A stretch of 64,000 nucleotides of DNA from the human T2T-CHM13v2.0 reference genome, Homo sapiens. Of the stretch, positions 1-13,390 are shown one piece after another (position 1 is the first letter of the stretch; each line of letters starts with the position of its first letter). Made by a program: the position numbers and the translations under genes. The stretch lies in assembly GCF_009914755.1 (NCBI RefSeq), contig NC_060930.1. One strand, 5' to 3'. The notes under the pieces were generated by a model. That model had not been told where the DNA came from. It saw nothing but the letters and a program-made list of their open reading frames with translations, and searched no databases.

Positions 1-1583
1 TTAGTAAGCACATAAAACACAATATTGAGAGTTCTAAGATCATTAGTATAAGAATCAGTCATCCTTAGTTTAAACCTATCTATGTCCCTGATTAAGCCCG
101 TGTAATAATTTAACTATGCATGGAGTGAATGTAAAGCCATAAATACATTTTCTACCTTGTGTATCCCCAACTTAACTTTCCCTTATTTGAATCTCTGAAA
201 TATCTATGGTCACTCTATTGCCGCCTAACAAGGGGCAAAATGTATGATGGATGAGAAGTCAGAATGAAGAAATACAACAGTCTTAACAATTTGCTGTTAA
301 ATTATCTTACTTTTTGCAGATTGTACAAAAATATATGATGTTAAAAGGCTCCTGCAAGAAGGGGTCCCGAATATTAAGTCTTTTTAGATTAAAGGTAAGT
401 CAGCCTCTGTATAAGGACAATTTCATTCCTATACTTGCTCTTATTTTCTTTCCTTTTTCTCTGGATTTGGCTCTCTCCTATCTTCTTTTTCTTGTCACTC
501 TATTTATTCATCTTTTTTTTGCCTATTTACCAACTGGTTGTAATTTAGAAATGAAAAATATGTATCTTAATATTTTGATGTATTCATTTACGTAATAATG
601 TAAGTTCTGAAGATTTGGAATGTATAAGTGAAAATGTCATTATGCTTTGTTTCTGTAAAATAAAAACTAAACTACATGTTTGGGTTGGGGGCTTTGGTTT
701 TTGTTTTTAGTTCTAAAATTTTTTGATACATTATATTTGAACATATTCATGGGTTATATGTGATATTTTGTTACATGCATGCAATGTAATGATGAAGTCA
801 GGGTGTTTAGGGTATCTATCACCCACAATTTATCATTTTTATGCATTGAGTACATTTCAAGTCCTCTCTTCTAGTTTTTTTGAAAAATACTACACATTGT
901 TGTTAACTATAGTCACCCTACTCTGCTATCAAACACTGGAATTTATTCTTTATATTAGTATAGGTTCATAACCATTAACCAACATCTCTGTATCTCCGTC
1001 CACTTCCTAGTCTCTGGTATCTATCATTCTACTCTCTACCCTGATGTGATCAACTTTTTAAACTCCCACATACGAGTGAGAACATGTGATATTTGTTTTT
1101 TTGTGCCTGGCTTATTTCACTTAACATTATGACGTCCACTTCCATCCATGTTACTGCAAATGACATGATTTCATCTTTTTAAATGGCTGAATACTTTCAT
1201 TGTCTATATATACTACATTTTCTTTATCCATTCATCCATTCATGGACCCTTAGGTTGATTCCATATCTTGGCTCTTGTGAATAGTGCTGCAATAAAGAAT
1301 GTGTGTATCCCTTTGATACATTACTTTCTTTTCCATTTGGATAAATACTAATTAGTGAGATTGCTTGATTGTGTAGTAGTTCTATTTTTAGTTTTTTGAG
1401 AAATCTCCATATTATTTTCCATAGTGGCTGTACTTACTTACATTCCAAGCAATGGTGAATAAGAGTTCCCTTTTCTCCATATCCTTGCCAACACCTGTGG
1501 TTTTTTTGTTTTGTTTGTTTGTTTGTTTTGTCTTTTTCATAGTAGCCATCCCAACTGGGGTAAAATGATATCTCATTGTGGTT

Positions 1584-1716
1584 GTTTGTTTTGCTTTTGT
1601 AGTGATGGGATCTCACTACTTTGCTTAGGCTGGTCTCAAACTCCTGGCTCAAGCGATCCTCCCACCTTGGCCTCTGAAAGTGTCGGCATTACAGTCATGA
1701 GCCACTGTGGCCTGAC
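1584..1716 (-). mobile_element. Alu monomer (FLAM-like)
   Basis: Alu left-arm sequence flanked by direct repeat TCATTGTGGTT (1573-1583 and 1718-1728). Confidence 0.85.
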
Positions 1717-1912
1717 TTCATTGTGGTTTTGATTTGCATTTCCCTGATGATTAGTAATGTTGAGCATTCTTTCATGTACCTGTTGACCATTTATATGTCT
1801 TCTTTTCTTTCTCTTGCTCTCTCTCATTTTTCTTTTCTCAATGAAGAGAACAAATGCCTGTCTTCTTTTGGGAAATGTCTGTTCATGTTCTTTGCTCATT
1901 TTAAAAATGGGG

Positions 1913-2226
1913 TTATTAATTAATTAATTAATTAATTTAATTATTTATTTTTGAGACTAGATCTTGCCCAGGTTAGTGTGCAGTGGTCCCATAGTTCACT
2001 GCAGCATCAAATTCCTGGGTTCAAGCTATCCTTTTGCCTCAGTCCTTCAGCTGGGACTACAGGCTCATGTCACCATACCAGGCTATTTGGTTCTTTTTAA
2101 TTTTAGTAAGAGACTGAAGTCTAGCTATGCTTCCTGGGCTGATCTTGAACTCCTGGACTCAAGAGATCCTCCTGCTGTAGGCCCCCAAAGTGCTGACATT
2201 ACAGGCATTAGCCACCACACCTGGCC
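1913..2226 (-). mobile_element. AluJ-like element with (TTAA)n-derived tail
   Basis: Diverged dimeric Alu ending ...CACACCTGGCC; AT-rich tail at 1913-1952. Confidence 0.85.
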
Positions 2227-3100
2227 AGGATTATTTATTTTTTTACTATGAAGATGTTTGATTTCCTTGTATATTCTGGATATTCATCCCCTGTTGGATG
2301 AGTAGCTTGCATATATTTTCTCCCATTTAAGAGGTTTTCTCTTCACCCTGTAGATTGTTTCTTTTGCTGTGCAGAAGCTTTTTAGTTTAATATAGTTCCA
2401 TTTGTCCATTTTTGGTTTTGTTACTGGTGCTTTTGAGATCTTAGTCATAAAATCTTTGCCTAGACCTATTTCCTGAAGAACTTTTTCTATGTTTTCTTCT
2501 AGCAGATTTATAGTTTCAGGTATTACATTTAAGTCTTTAATCTATCTTGAGTTGATTTTTGTATATGGTGAGAAGTAGGGGTCCAGTTTCATTCTTCTGC
2601 ATATGGTTATCCAGTGTTCCCAGCACCATTTATAGAAAAGGATGTCATATCCCCAATGAATATTCTTCATAGCTTCATTGAATGTAAGTCAGCTATAAAT
2701 ATGTGGATTTATTTCTGGGTTTTCTATTCTGTTCTATTCTTTTTTAAAAAAAATTTATTTCTATAGGTTATTGGGAAACAGGTGGTGTTTGGTTACATGA
2801 GTGAGTTCTTTAGTGAAGATTTTTGAGACTTTGGTGCACCCATCACCCAAGCAGTATACACTGCAACCAATTTGTAATCTTTTATCCGTCACCCCCTTCC
2901 CACCCTTTCCTGCAGAGTCCCCAAAGTCCATTGTGCCATGCTTATGCCTTTGCATCCTCATAGCTTAGTTCCCACTTATGAGTGAGAACATACAATGCCT
3001 GGTTTTCCCTTCCTGAGTTACTGCACTTAGAATAATAGTCTCCAATCTCAAACAGGTCACTGCAAATGCCATTAAATCATTCCTTTTTATGGCTGAGTAG

Positions 3101-3334
3101 TATTCCATCATATATATATATTCCATCATATATATATATATATTCCATCATATATATATATATATTCCATCATATATATATATTCCATCATATATATATA
3201 TATTCCATCATATATATATATATATTCCATCATATATATATATTCCATCATATATATATATATTCCATCATATATATATATATTCCATCATATATATATA
3301 TATATATATTCCATCATATATATATATATATATT

Positions 3335-3386
<52 letters not shown>
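3101..3386. repeat. Compound microsatellite [TTCCATC-(AT)n] x12 ending in a pure (TA)n run
   Basis: 12 TTCCATC cores at 18-26 bp spacing, inside the L1 3' region. Confidence 0.97.
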
Positions 3387-3387
<1 letters not shown>

Positions 3388-5040
3388 AAGTTTCTTTATC
3401 CACTCATTGGGTTACTTCCACATTTTTGCAATTGTGAATCGTGCTGCTATAAATATGTGTATGCAAGTATCTTTTTTGTATAATGACTTCTTTTCCTCTG
3501 GGTAGATACCCAGTAGTGGGATTGCTGGATCAAATGGTAGTTCTACTTTTAGGACTCTTTAAGGAAACTCCACACTGTTTTCCATAGTGGTTGTACCAGT
3601 TTACATTCCCACCAGCAGTGGAAAATTGTTCTCTGTTCACCACATCCTTGCCAACATCTATTATTTTTTGATTTTTTGATTAAGGCCATTCTTTCAGGAG
3701 TGAAATGGTATTGCATTGTGGTTTTGATTTGCATTTTCCTGATTATTAGTGATGCTGAGCAATTTTTCTTATGTTTGTTGGCCATTTGTATGTCTTTTTT
3801 TGAGAATTGTCTATTCATGCCCTTAACTCATATTTTATGGGATTGTTTGTTTTTTACTTACTAATTTGTTTGGGTTCATTGTAGATTCTGGATATTAGTC
3901 CTTTGTCATATGTATAGATTGTGAAGATTTTCTCCCACTCTGTGGGTTATCTGTTTACTCTGCTGACTGTTCCTTTTGCCGTGCAAAAGCTCTTTAGTTT
4001 AATTAAGGTCTCAGCTATTTATCTTTGTTCTTATTGCATTTACTTTTGGGTTCTTGGTCATTAAATCCTTGCCTAAGCCAATGTCTAGAAGGGTTTTTCC
4101 GATGTTATCTTCTAAAATTCTTATAGTTTCAGGTCTTAGATTTATGTCCCTGATCTACCTTGAGTTGATTTTTGTGTAGAGTGAGAGACATGGATCCAGT
4201 TTTATTCTCCTACATGTGGCTTGCCAATTATCCCAGCTCAATTTGTTAAATAGGGTGTTTTTTTACCACTTTATGTTTTTGTTTGCTTTGTCAAAGATCA
4301 GTTGGCTGTAAGTATTTGGGTTTATTTCTGGGTTCTCTATTCTGTTTTATTGGTCTATGTGCCTACATTTATACCAGTACCATGCTGTCTTGGTGACTAT
4401 GGCCTTATATTATATTTTGAAATCAGGTAATGTGATGCCTCCAGATCTGTTCTTTTTGGTTAGTCTTGCTTTGGCTATGTGGGCTCTTTTTTGGTTCCAT
4501 ATGAAATTTAGAATTGTTTTTTCTAGTTCTGTGAAGAATGATGGTGGTATTTTGATGGGAATTGCATTGAATTTGTGACTGCCTTTTGCAGTATAGTCCT
4601 TTTCACAATATTGATTCTACCCATCCATGAGCATGGGATGTGTTTCCATTTGTTTGTGTCATCTATGATTTCTTTCAGCAGTGTTTTGTAGTATTCCTGG
4701 TAGAGATTTTTAGCCTCCTTGGTTAAGTATATTCCAAGCATTTTTTAAATTTATTTTCGGGAAACTATTGTAAAAGGGATTGAGTTCTTGATTTGATTCT
4801 CAGCTTGGTCATTGGTGTATAGTAGTGCTACTTATTTGTATACATTTATTTTGTAACCTGAAAATTTGCTGAATTCATTTTTCGGATCTAGGAGCTTTTT
4901 GGATGAGTCTTTAGGGTTTTTGAAGTATATGATCATATCATTAGTGAACAGTGATGGTTTGACTTTCTCTTTACCTATTTGTATGTCCTTTATTTCTTTC
5001 TCTTGTCTGATTATTCTGGCTAGGACTTCCAATCCTATGT

Positions 5041-5900
5041 TTTGTCTTTTTTTTTTTTAATTTGTAACTTCCCTTTTCTTTTTCTTTTTTTATTTTTATT
5101 ATTATTATACTTTAAGTTTTAGGGTACATGTGCACAATGTGCAGGTTAGTTACATATGTATACATGTGCCATGCTGGTGTGCTGTACCCATTAACTTGTC
5201 ATTTAGCATTAGGTATATCTCCTAATGCTAACCCTCCCCCCTCCCCCCACCCCACAACAGTCCCCAGAGTGTGATGTTCCCCTTCCTGTGTCCATGTGTT
5301 CTCATTGTCCAATTCCCACCTATGAGTGAGAACATGCGGTGTTTGGTTTTTTGTCCTTGCGATAGTTTACTGAGAATGATGATTTCCAATTTCATCCATG
5401 TCCCTACAAAGGACATGAACTCATCATTTTTTATGGCTGCATAGTATTCCATGGTGTATATGTGCCACATTTTCTTAATCCAGTCTATCATTGTTGGACA
5501 TTTGGATTGGTTCCAAGTCTTTGCTATTGTGAATAGTGCCGCAATAAATATACGTGTGCATGTGTCTTTATAGCAGCATGATTTATAGTCCTTTGGGTAT
5601 ATACCCAGTAATGGGATGGCTGGGTCAAATGGTATTTCTAGTTCTAGATCCCTGAGGAATTGCCACACTGACTTCCACAATGGTTGAACTAGTTTACAGT
5701 CCCACCAACAGTGTAAAAGTGTTCCTATTTCTCCACATCCTCTCCAGCACCTGTTGTTTCCTGACTTTTTAATGATCGCCATTCTAACTGGTGTGAGATG
5801 GTATCTCATTGTGGTTTTGATTTGCATTTCTCTGATGGCCAGTGATGGTGACCATTTTTTCATGTGTTTTTTGGCTGCATAAATGTCTTCTTTTGAGAAG
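5041..5900 (-). mobile_element. Young 5'-truncated L1PA (about 0.85 kb)
   Basis: ORF 5228-5863 is a near-consensus L1 ORF2 C-terminus ([23 protein letters not shown]...SLIGGN); L1PA 3'UTR and poly(A) follow. Confidence 0.95.
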
Positions 5901-7026
5901 GGGTGAAAGTCAGCATTCTTGTCTCCTTCCAGTTCTCAAGGGGAATGCTTTCAACTTCTCCCTGTTCAGTATAATTCTTTCTGTGGGTTTGTCATAGATG
6001 GCTTTCATTAAGTTGATGTATGTCCCTTCTATGCCAATTTTGCTCAGGGTTTTAATTATAAAGCGATGGTAAATTTTGTCAAATGTTTTTTCTGTGTCTT
6101 TTGAGTTGATGATGTGATTTTTGTATTTAACTGTGTTTATGTGATGTATCACATTTATTGACTTGCATATGTTAAACCATCCCTGCATCCCTGGTATGAA
6201 ACCCACTTGATCATGGCGTATTATCTTTTTGACATGCTGTTGGATTCAGTTAGCTAGTGTTTTGTTGAGGATTTTTGCACCTATGTTCATCAGGGATATT
6301 GGTATGTGGTTTTCCTTTTTTTCTGCCTATTCCCAGTTTTAGTGTTAGGGTGATACTGGCTTCATAGAATGAATTAGGGAAAATTCTCTCTTTCTCTATC
6401 TTTTTGAATAGTTTCAGTAAGATTGATACCAATTCTTCTTTGACTGTCTGATAGAATTCAGCTGTGAATACATCTGGTCCTGGACTTTTTCTTTTGGGCA
6501 GTTTTTAAATTATTATTTTAATCTCACTACTTGCTATTGGCCTGTTCAGAGTTTCTATTTCTTCCTGATTTAATCTAGGAGGGTTGTATATTTCCAAGAA
6601 TTTGCCCATCTCCTCTAGACTTTCTAGTTTGTCTGCATAAAGGTGTTCATAGTAGCCTTCAATGATCTTTTGTATTTCTGTGGTATCGGTTGCAATATCT
6701 CCTGTCTCATTTCTAATTGAGCTTATTTGGATCTTCTCTCTTCTTTTCTTGGTTAATCTTGCTAATGGTCTGTCAATTTTGTTTATTTGTTCAAAGAACC
6801 AGCTTTTCATTTCATTTATCTTTTGTATTCTTGGTTTCAATTTCATTTATTTCTGCTCTGAAATTTATTTCAATTTCATTTATTTCTTTGCTATTTATTT
6901 TATTCTGATGGGTTTGGGTTTGGTTTGTTCTTGTTTCTCTGGTTCCTTGAAGGGTGACCTTAGATTGTCTATGTTGACTTTTTGATGTCTAGATTGACTT
7001 TTTGATGTAGGCATTTAATGCTATGA

Positions 7027-7375
<349 letters not shown>

Positions 7376-7727
7376 TAGAGTTTCTGATAAATTGTGTCAC
7401 TATTATGGTTCAGTTCAAAGATTTTTAAAATTTCCATCTTGATTTCATTGTTGACCTAAAGATCATTCGGGAGCAGATTATTTAATTTCCATGTATTTGT
7501 ATAGTTCTGAGAATTCATTTTGGATTCAATTTCCAGTTTTATTCCACTGTAGTCTGAGAGGGTACATCATATAATTTTGATTTTCTTAAACTTATTGAGA
7601 CTTGTTTTGTGGCCTACCATAACGTCTGTCTTGGAGGATGTTCCACATGCTGATGAAAATAATGTATATTCTGCTGTTGTTGAGTAGAATGTTCTGTAAA
7701 TATCTGTTAAGTCCATTTGTTCTACAG

Positions 7728-8644
7728 TGATATGGTTTGGATCTGTGTCCCCACCCAAACCTCACCTTGTAGCTCCCATAATTCCCACGTGTTGTGGGAG
7801 GCACCCTGTGGGAGATTACTGAATTATGGGGGTGGGTCTTTCCAGTGCTGTTCTTGTGACAGTGAATGGGTCTCAGTTGATCTGATAGTTCTGAAAACGG
7901 AGTTGCCCTCACAAGCTCTCTCTTTGCCTGCCACCATCCAAGGAAGATGAGACTTGCTCCTCCTTGCCTTCCACCATGATTGTCAGGCTTCCCCAGCCAT
8001 GTGGAACTGTAAGTCCAATTAAACCTTTATCTTTTGTAAATTGCCCAGTCTCAGTTATGTCTTTATCGGCAGTGTGAAAACAGAATAATACAGTAAATTG
8101 GTACCGGTAGAGTGGGGCACCACAGAAAAGATACCCAAAAATGTGGAAGTGACTTTGGAACTAGGTAACAGGCAGAGGTTGCAAGAGTTTGGAGGGCTCA
8201 GAAGAAGACAGGAAAATGTGGGAAAATGTGGAACTTTCTAGAGACTTGTTGAATAATGATATGGACAATGAAATCCAGGCTGAGATGGTTTCAGATGGAG
8301 ATGAGGAACTTGTTGGGAACTGAAGCAAAGGTGACTCTTGTTATGTTTTAGCAAAGACACTGGTGGCATTTTGCCCCTGCCCTAGAGATTTGTGGGACTT
8401 TGAACTTGAGAGAGATGATTTAGGGTATCTGGCAGAAGAAATTTCTAAGCAGCAAAGCATTCAAGAGGTGACTGGAGTGCTGTTAAAAGCATTCAGTTTT
8501 AAAAGGGAAACAGCATAAAAGTTTGAAAAATTTGCAGCCTGACAATGCGATAGAAAATAAAATCCCATTTTCTGAGGAGAAATTCAAGCCAGCTGCAGAA
8601 ATTTGCATAAGTAACAAAGAGCCAAATGTTAGTGCCCAAAACAA
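7728..8644 (+). mobile_element. THE1 (MaLR) LTR at 7728-8092 plus truncated internal sequence
   Basis: TGATATGGTTTGGATCTGTGTCCCCACCCAAA start and ...AATAATACA end, followed by THE1-int GTAAATTGGTACC...; no second LTR. Confidence 0.9.
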
Positions 8645-10581
8645 GTCCCTTCCGCTGCTTCCTCTACCCCTGTGTTTCCCTCAGCTTCTAAATGGACTCA
8701 GCTCCAGTTCAGGTCAGAATCTTCTCCCATGATCTACACCTTCAGGTTCCCCAGTGAGGTATGCATTCAAGGGTGGAAGATCCCCCTTTCCCACCTCCAC
8801 AGTTTGGGCACTCACAGTATTTGGGATGTCTCCCAGGTCCTGCAGGAGCAATCTGCTCCCTTCAGAGGGTCTGTGGGTTCTCTCAGCTTTCCCAGTCATT
8901 CCTGCAATAGGTCTGGAGCAAAAGTTCATGATGCAAGACTCCACAAGCTGCTCTGTCCATCCAAGTTGGAGGGGCAATGTATAATGCCTCCCATCCACCA
9001 TGATTCTGTCCCCTATTCTGTTGTATTCTATTGGTCTATGTGTCTGTTTTTTATACCAGTACTCTACTCTTTTGGTTACTACAGCCTTGTAAAATGTTTT
9101 GAACTCAGGTATTGTGATACTTCCAGCTTTGTTCTTTTTGCTCAGGATGGCTTTGCCTATTCAGGATCTTTTATGGTTCTATACAAATTTTAGGATTGTT
9201 TTTTATATTTTTGTGGAAAGTGACATTGGTATCTTGATAGGGATCACATTAAATCTGTAGATTGCTTTGGGCCATATGGTCATTTTAATGATATTAATTC
9301 TTCTGATCCATTAGCATGGAATTTCTTTCCATTTGTTTGTGTCCACTTCAATTTCTTTCATCAGTGTTTTGTAGTTTGCCTTGTAGGGATCTTTCATCTC
9401 TTTGGTAAAATTTATTCCAAGTATTTTATCATATTTTTTGTAGCTATCATAAATGGAATTCTCTTCTTCATTTCTTTTTCAGCTATTTCATTGTTGGTGA
9501 ATAGAAATGCTACTTATTTCTGCATATTAATTTTGTATCCTGCCAAGTCTACTGAATTGGCTTATCAGTTCTAAGAGTGTTCTGGTGGAGTGTTTGGTTT
9601 TTCTAACTATAAGATTATTTTGGAACTTGCTTTATGAGCTCTTGCCAGGAAGATGGCAGATAGGAGACAGGGCTGATGTGCAGCCCCCCTTGGATAGATA
9701 GAATAGTACTATGTTGAGTAGGAGGGGTGAACATGTGTATACTTGTCTTTTCCCAGTTCCTAAAGAAAAAGCTTTCAACTTTTCACCATTCTGTATGATG
9801 TTAGCTGTGGGTTTTGTCACATAGAGCCTTTATTATATTAAGGCATGATCCTTTTATGCCTAGTTTGTTGAGAGTTTTTATTACGAAAAGGTGTTGAATT
9901 TTATCAAATGCTTCTTCTGCATTTATTGAGATAGTCATATGGATTTTGGCCTTCATCATGTTGATGTGATGTATCACATTCATTGATTTGTGTATGTTGA
10001 AATATCCTTGCATCCTTGCTGTAAATCCTACTTGATCACATTATATTATTGTTTTGATCTACTGTTGGATTCGGTTTGCTCCTATTTTGGTAAGTATTTT
10101 TCCATCTGTATGTATCAGGATATTCACCTGTAGTTTTCTTTCTTGGAGCATCCTTGTCTGGGTTTGCCATTAGGGTAATGCTAGCCTCACAGAATGAGTT
10201 TGGGAGAATTCCCTCTTCTTCAACTTTTTGGACCAGTTGGAGGAAAATCGGTGGTGGTTCTCTGAAAGTTTGGTGGAATTCATCAGTGAAACTATATGCT
10301 CTTGGATTTTTCTTTTTTGGGAGATTTTTTATTACTGATTCCATTTCAGTACTCAGTATTAGTCTGTCCAGATTTTCTTTCTTCCTGATTCAATCTTGGT
10401 AAGTTGTATGTTTCCAGAAATTTATCCATTTCCTCTTGTTTCTCCAGTTTGTTACCATATATTTGTTCATAATGGTTTCTGATTATCTTTTGTATTTATG
10501 TGGGATCTGTTGTAATAGCTTCTTTTTCATTTATGATATGGTTTACTTGGGTATTCTCTTTTCTTTTCTTGGTTAGTCTAG

Positions 10582-11046
10582 TGTGGGGGTTCAGTCAGGA
10601 TGGTGGGAGAAATTGTAAAATTATAGGATATAGACACAAACCTTCTTGGAAGGCCGGAAGGTATTTGCAAAAGTCTCAAGATAGGGTTATGGCTGAAAGC
10701 AGCGTAATCCTTACCTTGAGTTAATTGCTTGGGGCACAGATACAAAGGAACATTTATCTAAATAGCTTGTTTACTCATGTGGTCGTAAGACCAACATTTG
10801 TTCAACTGCAGATGCATAATTGCTCTCTACTTGGGGGGGTCGGCAAACAGGTCAATTGCCCTCTAGTGGTGTGAACAAATGCGAGCTTTGCTGGTTGATC
10901 AGGGCCATAGATGCAACTCTTTACAGCACCTTCCTTGGTGTCTGTGTGTGGCCTGGACCCTCAGCTGAACTGACAAGCAAGATATCTGTGTCAGTGTACA
11001 CCTCTCATCCATTACTGGGTCAGGGTCTGTAGGTCAGACTACCACA
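10582..11046 (+). mobile_element. 5' LTR of HERV-K(HML-5) (LTR22 family)
   Basis: TG...CA termini, 465 bp, TGTGGGGGTTCAGTCAGGATGGTGGGAG start, followed immediately by a PBS. Confidence 0.85.
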
Positions 11047-11048
11047 GC

Positions 11049-11066
11049 TGGTGCCCCGCGTGAGGA
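11049..11066 (+). other. Primer-binding site complementary to tRNA-Met 3' end
   Basis: TGGTGCCCCGCGTGAGGA matches 17/18 the reverse complement of elongator tRNA-Met 3' end (TGGTGCCCCGTGTGAGGA); a Met PBS is characteristic of HML-5. Confidence 0.9.
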
Positions 11067-11209
11067 ATGCTGCAAGGGGAGATTGATGAACCCCCTGAAA
11101 ATGAAGGTGAAAAAGGAACTGCGCAGTCAGTGAGTAATCAGTAAGTCATTGGTACTTGCTTGGGATTTCCAAGTTCGGGGCGGGGGATTGTTCAGGCTAA
11201 GGTTTCATC

Positions 11210-12628
11210 ATGGGACAACAGTTATCAGCTCAACAGAAACAGTATATAAAAGTATTGAAATGGCTGCTTAAAGCTAGCAGAGCCTCAGTTTCACAGGTTT
11301 AATTAAGGAACCTAATGCAAACTGTTGTATCCCATAACCCATGGTTCCCCCAAGAAGGCATGCTAGACCTAGAGCTCTGGGAACGAGTGGGAAAAAATCT
11401 TAAGCAACATCATGTTCAAGGGTAACGGGTCCCAGTATCATCTTTAATGCTATGGGCCTTAGTAAGGGCGGCTTTGGTCCCATTATACACAGAAGAGCCT
11501 AAAAAGGGGAAGGACAAGGCACCATCATGTATTTTACCACCCGCAAGTTCCTCAGCCCTGATATCACCAGGCCAAAATAACAAAGAGGAAATGGAGGTTT
11601 TGCCTGAGCCCCCTCCTCCAATAGATAGGAAAAAAGACAGGAGACATGCTCCAGCTGTGGGACCTTGTCTTAAGCAAGTGGCATTAGAAGGGGAGCTCTT
11701 AGCCTGCCTGGTAATGCAAGACCGACAAGGCAATCAGGTACATGAACCCATTTCTTTTAATGCTTATAAGGAGCTAAGAAAAAGCATTAAAGAAAACAGA
11801 GCTGCTAGCCCATTTATGAAAGGAATGATTGAGGCCTTGGCAGACCACTTTTCTATGACCCCATGGGACTGGGCAATGCTAACTAAAACAACTTTGGAGC
11901 CTAGCCAATACCTCCTCTGGAAGGCAGAATATGATGAGCTGTGTGAACAACAAGCTAACCAGAATCAGGTGACCGGGCAAGACCTAACAGCTGCTATGCT
12001 CCAGGGGAAGGATCCCCATGCCTATGTACAACAACTAGATTTTGATTCCCCAGGCCTAAAATCAAGTGTCTTTGTGTGCTCTCAGGGCTTGGGACTGAAT
12101 TCCTGAAAGTGGAGTTTAGCAGGGATCTTTTATAAATGTTCAACAAGGGCCTCAGGAGCCATTTGTTGAGTTTTTCAATTGGTTAACCCAGGCAATTAAG
12201 AGACAAATTAGTCACGCCCAGGCTGCTGATATCTTATTGTTGCAATTGGCTTTTGAAAACTCTCATGTGGATCACCAGCAGGCAATGCAGGCAATCAGAG
12301 GAAAGGCAGCCACAGTCGGGGAACTTATATGAGCATGTCAGCTGGTGGGAACTGAGACACACAAGCCAAAATATTGGTTATGGCATTAAGGCCTCCTAAA
12401 GTGAAAAGGGAGAGAAGCCAAAGTTGTTTTCTATGTGGAGAGCCAGATCATATGAAGAGGGAATGCCCCCATAATAGAGACGAAGGTAACTCAGGGAAAG
12501 AACCCCCTTCTATATGCCCCGGATGTAAAACGGTGAAACATTGGGCAAATCAATGCAGGTCAAAATTTGATAAAAACAGAAACCCCATAAGTAACCAGGT
12601 GGGAAACTTCATGACGGGCTGGCCCTAG
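11210..12628 (+). pseudogene. HML-5 gag (disrupted)
   Basis: Starts MGQQLSAQQKQY (myristoylation Gly2). MHR-like VQQGPQEPFVEF and two CCHC knuckles (CFLCGEPDHMKREC, CPGCKTVKHWANQC). Contains stops and frameshifts. Confidence 0.9.
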
Positions 12629-13390
12629 GCCCTGCTTCAAACTGGGGCAATCCCAGCAGCTTTCCTCGGTCTGATGGAGAGCTCACAGTCCTCTCTCTCA
12701 GAGCAGCCACCACTGGGAGTGCAGGACTGGACTTACTCTGCCCCAACAAATCAGTGCTGAAAGAAGGAGAAGACCCTAAAAGGGCTGCATACGGGATCTG
12801 GGGCCAGCTGCCTCCAGAAGCAGTGGGATTAGTCCTAGGGCGGTCTAGCCTGTCCAGTAAAGGAATTAATGTGCTCACTGGGGTAATTGGTAGTGATTAC
12901 CAAGGTGAGATATTGGTTATGATGGAATGTAAAGGTCTGAATATTCTTCCCCCTGGATCAAAGATAGCTCAGTTACTGATTTTGCCATACTGGGTCCCCA
13001 GTGCCCACGGAAAGGAAAGGGGAAAGGAAGTTTTGGGAGCACAGGAGCCACAGGAGTATATGGGAATCAATTAATCACTGATCAGAGACCCATGATTATC
13101 TTAAAAATTGGAAATAATAATTTTACTGGCTTATTGGACACAGGGGTGGACGTTTCAATCATTAGTGATCAAAACTGGCTAGAAATTTGGCCTTGGGTCA
13201 CTCAGAAATAAAAAATTGTCTGCATCAGGGAAGCACACAGAGCCAAGCAGAGCATGCACTCCCTAACCTGTTGCAATTCAGAAGGAAGAAAGGCAGTTAT
13301 ACAACCCGTAAGCATGCGCATCCCTGTTAATCTTTGGGGACAGGATTTATTAGCCCAATGCGGGAGGGGTGACTCTCAGCCCCCTTTATA
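12601..13390 (+). pseudogene. HML-5 dUTPase-protease (disrupted)
   Basis: dUTPase motifs LGRSS and GVIGSDYQGEI; protease LLDTGVD near 13131-13151; slippery GGGAAAC at 12601. Confidence 0.85.

Noticed and set aside
3066-3437. CRISPR-like constant core with variable spacers, and a 123-aa YI-rich ORF
   Set aside because: Spacers are only (TA)n; it is a eukaryotic microsatellite and the ORF is a low-complexity artefact.
5228-5863. 211-aa ORF
   Set aside because: L1 ORF2 C-terminus whose stop mutated to TGG; 5'-truncated with no promoter.
11447-12106. 219-aa ORF as a possibly intact or domesticated Gag
   Set aside because: Internal gag fragment with an upstream stop and a frameshifted end; capsid incomplete.
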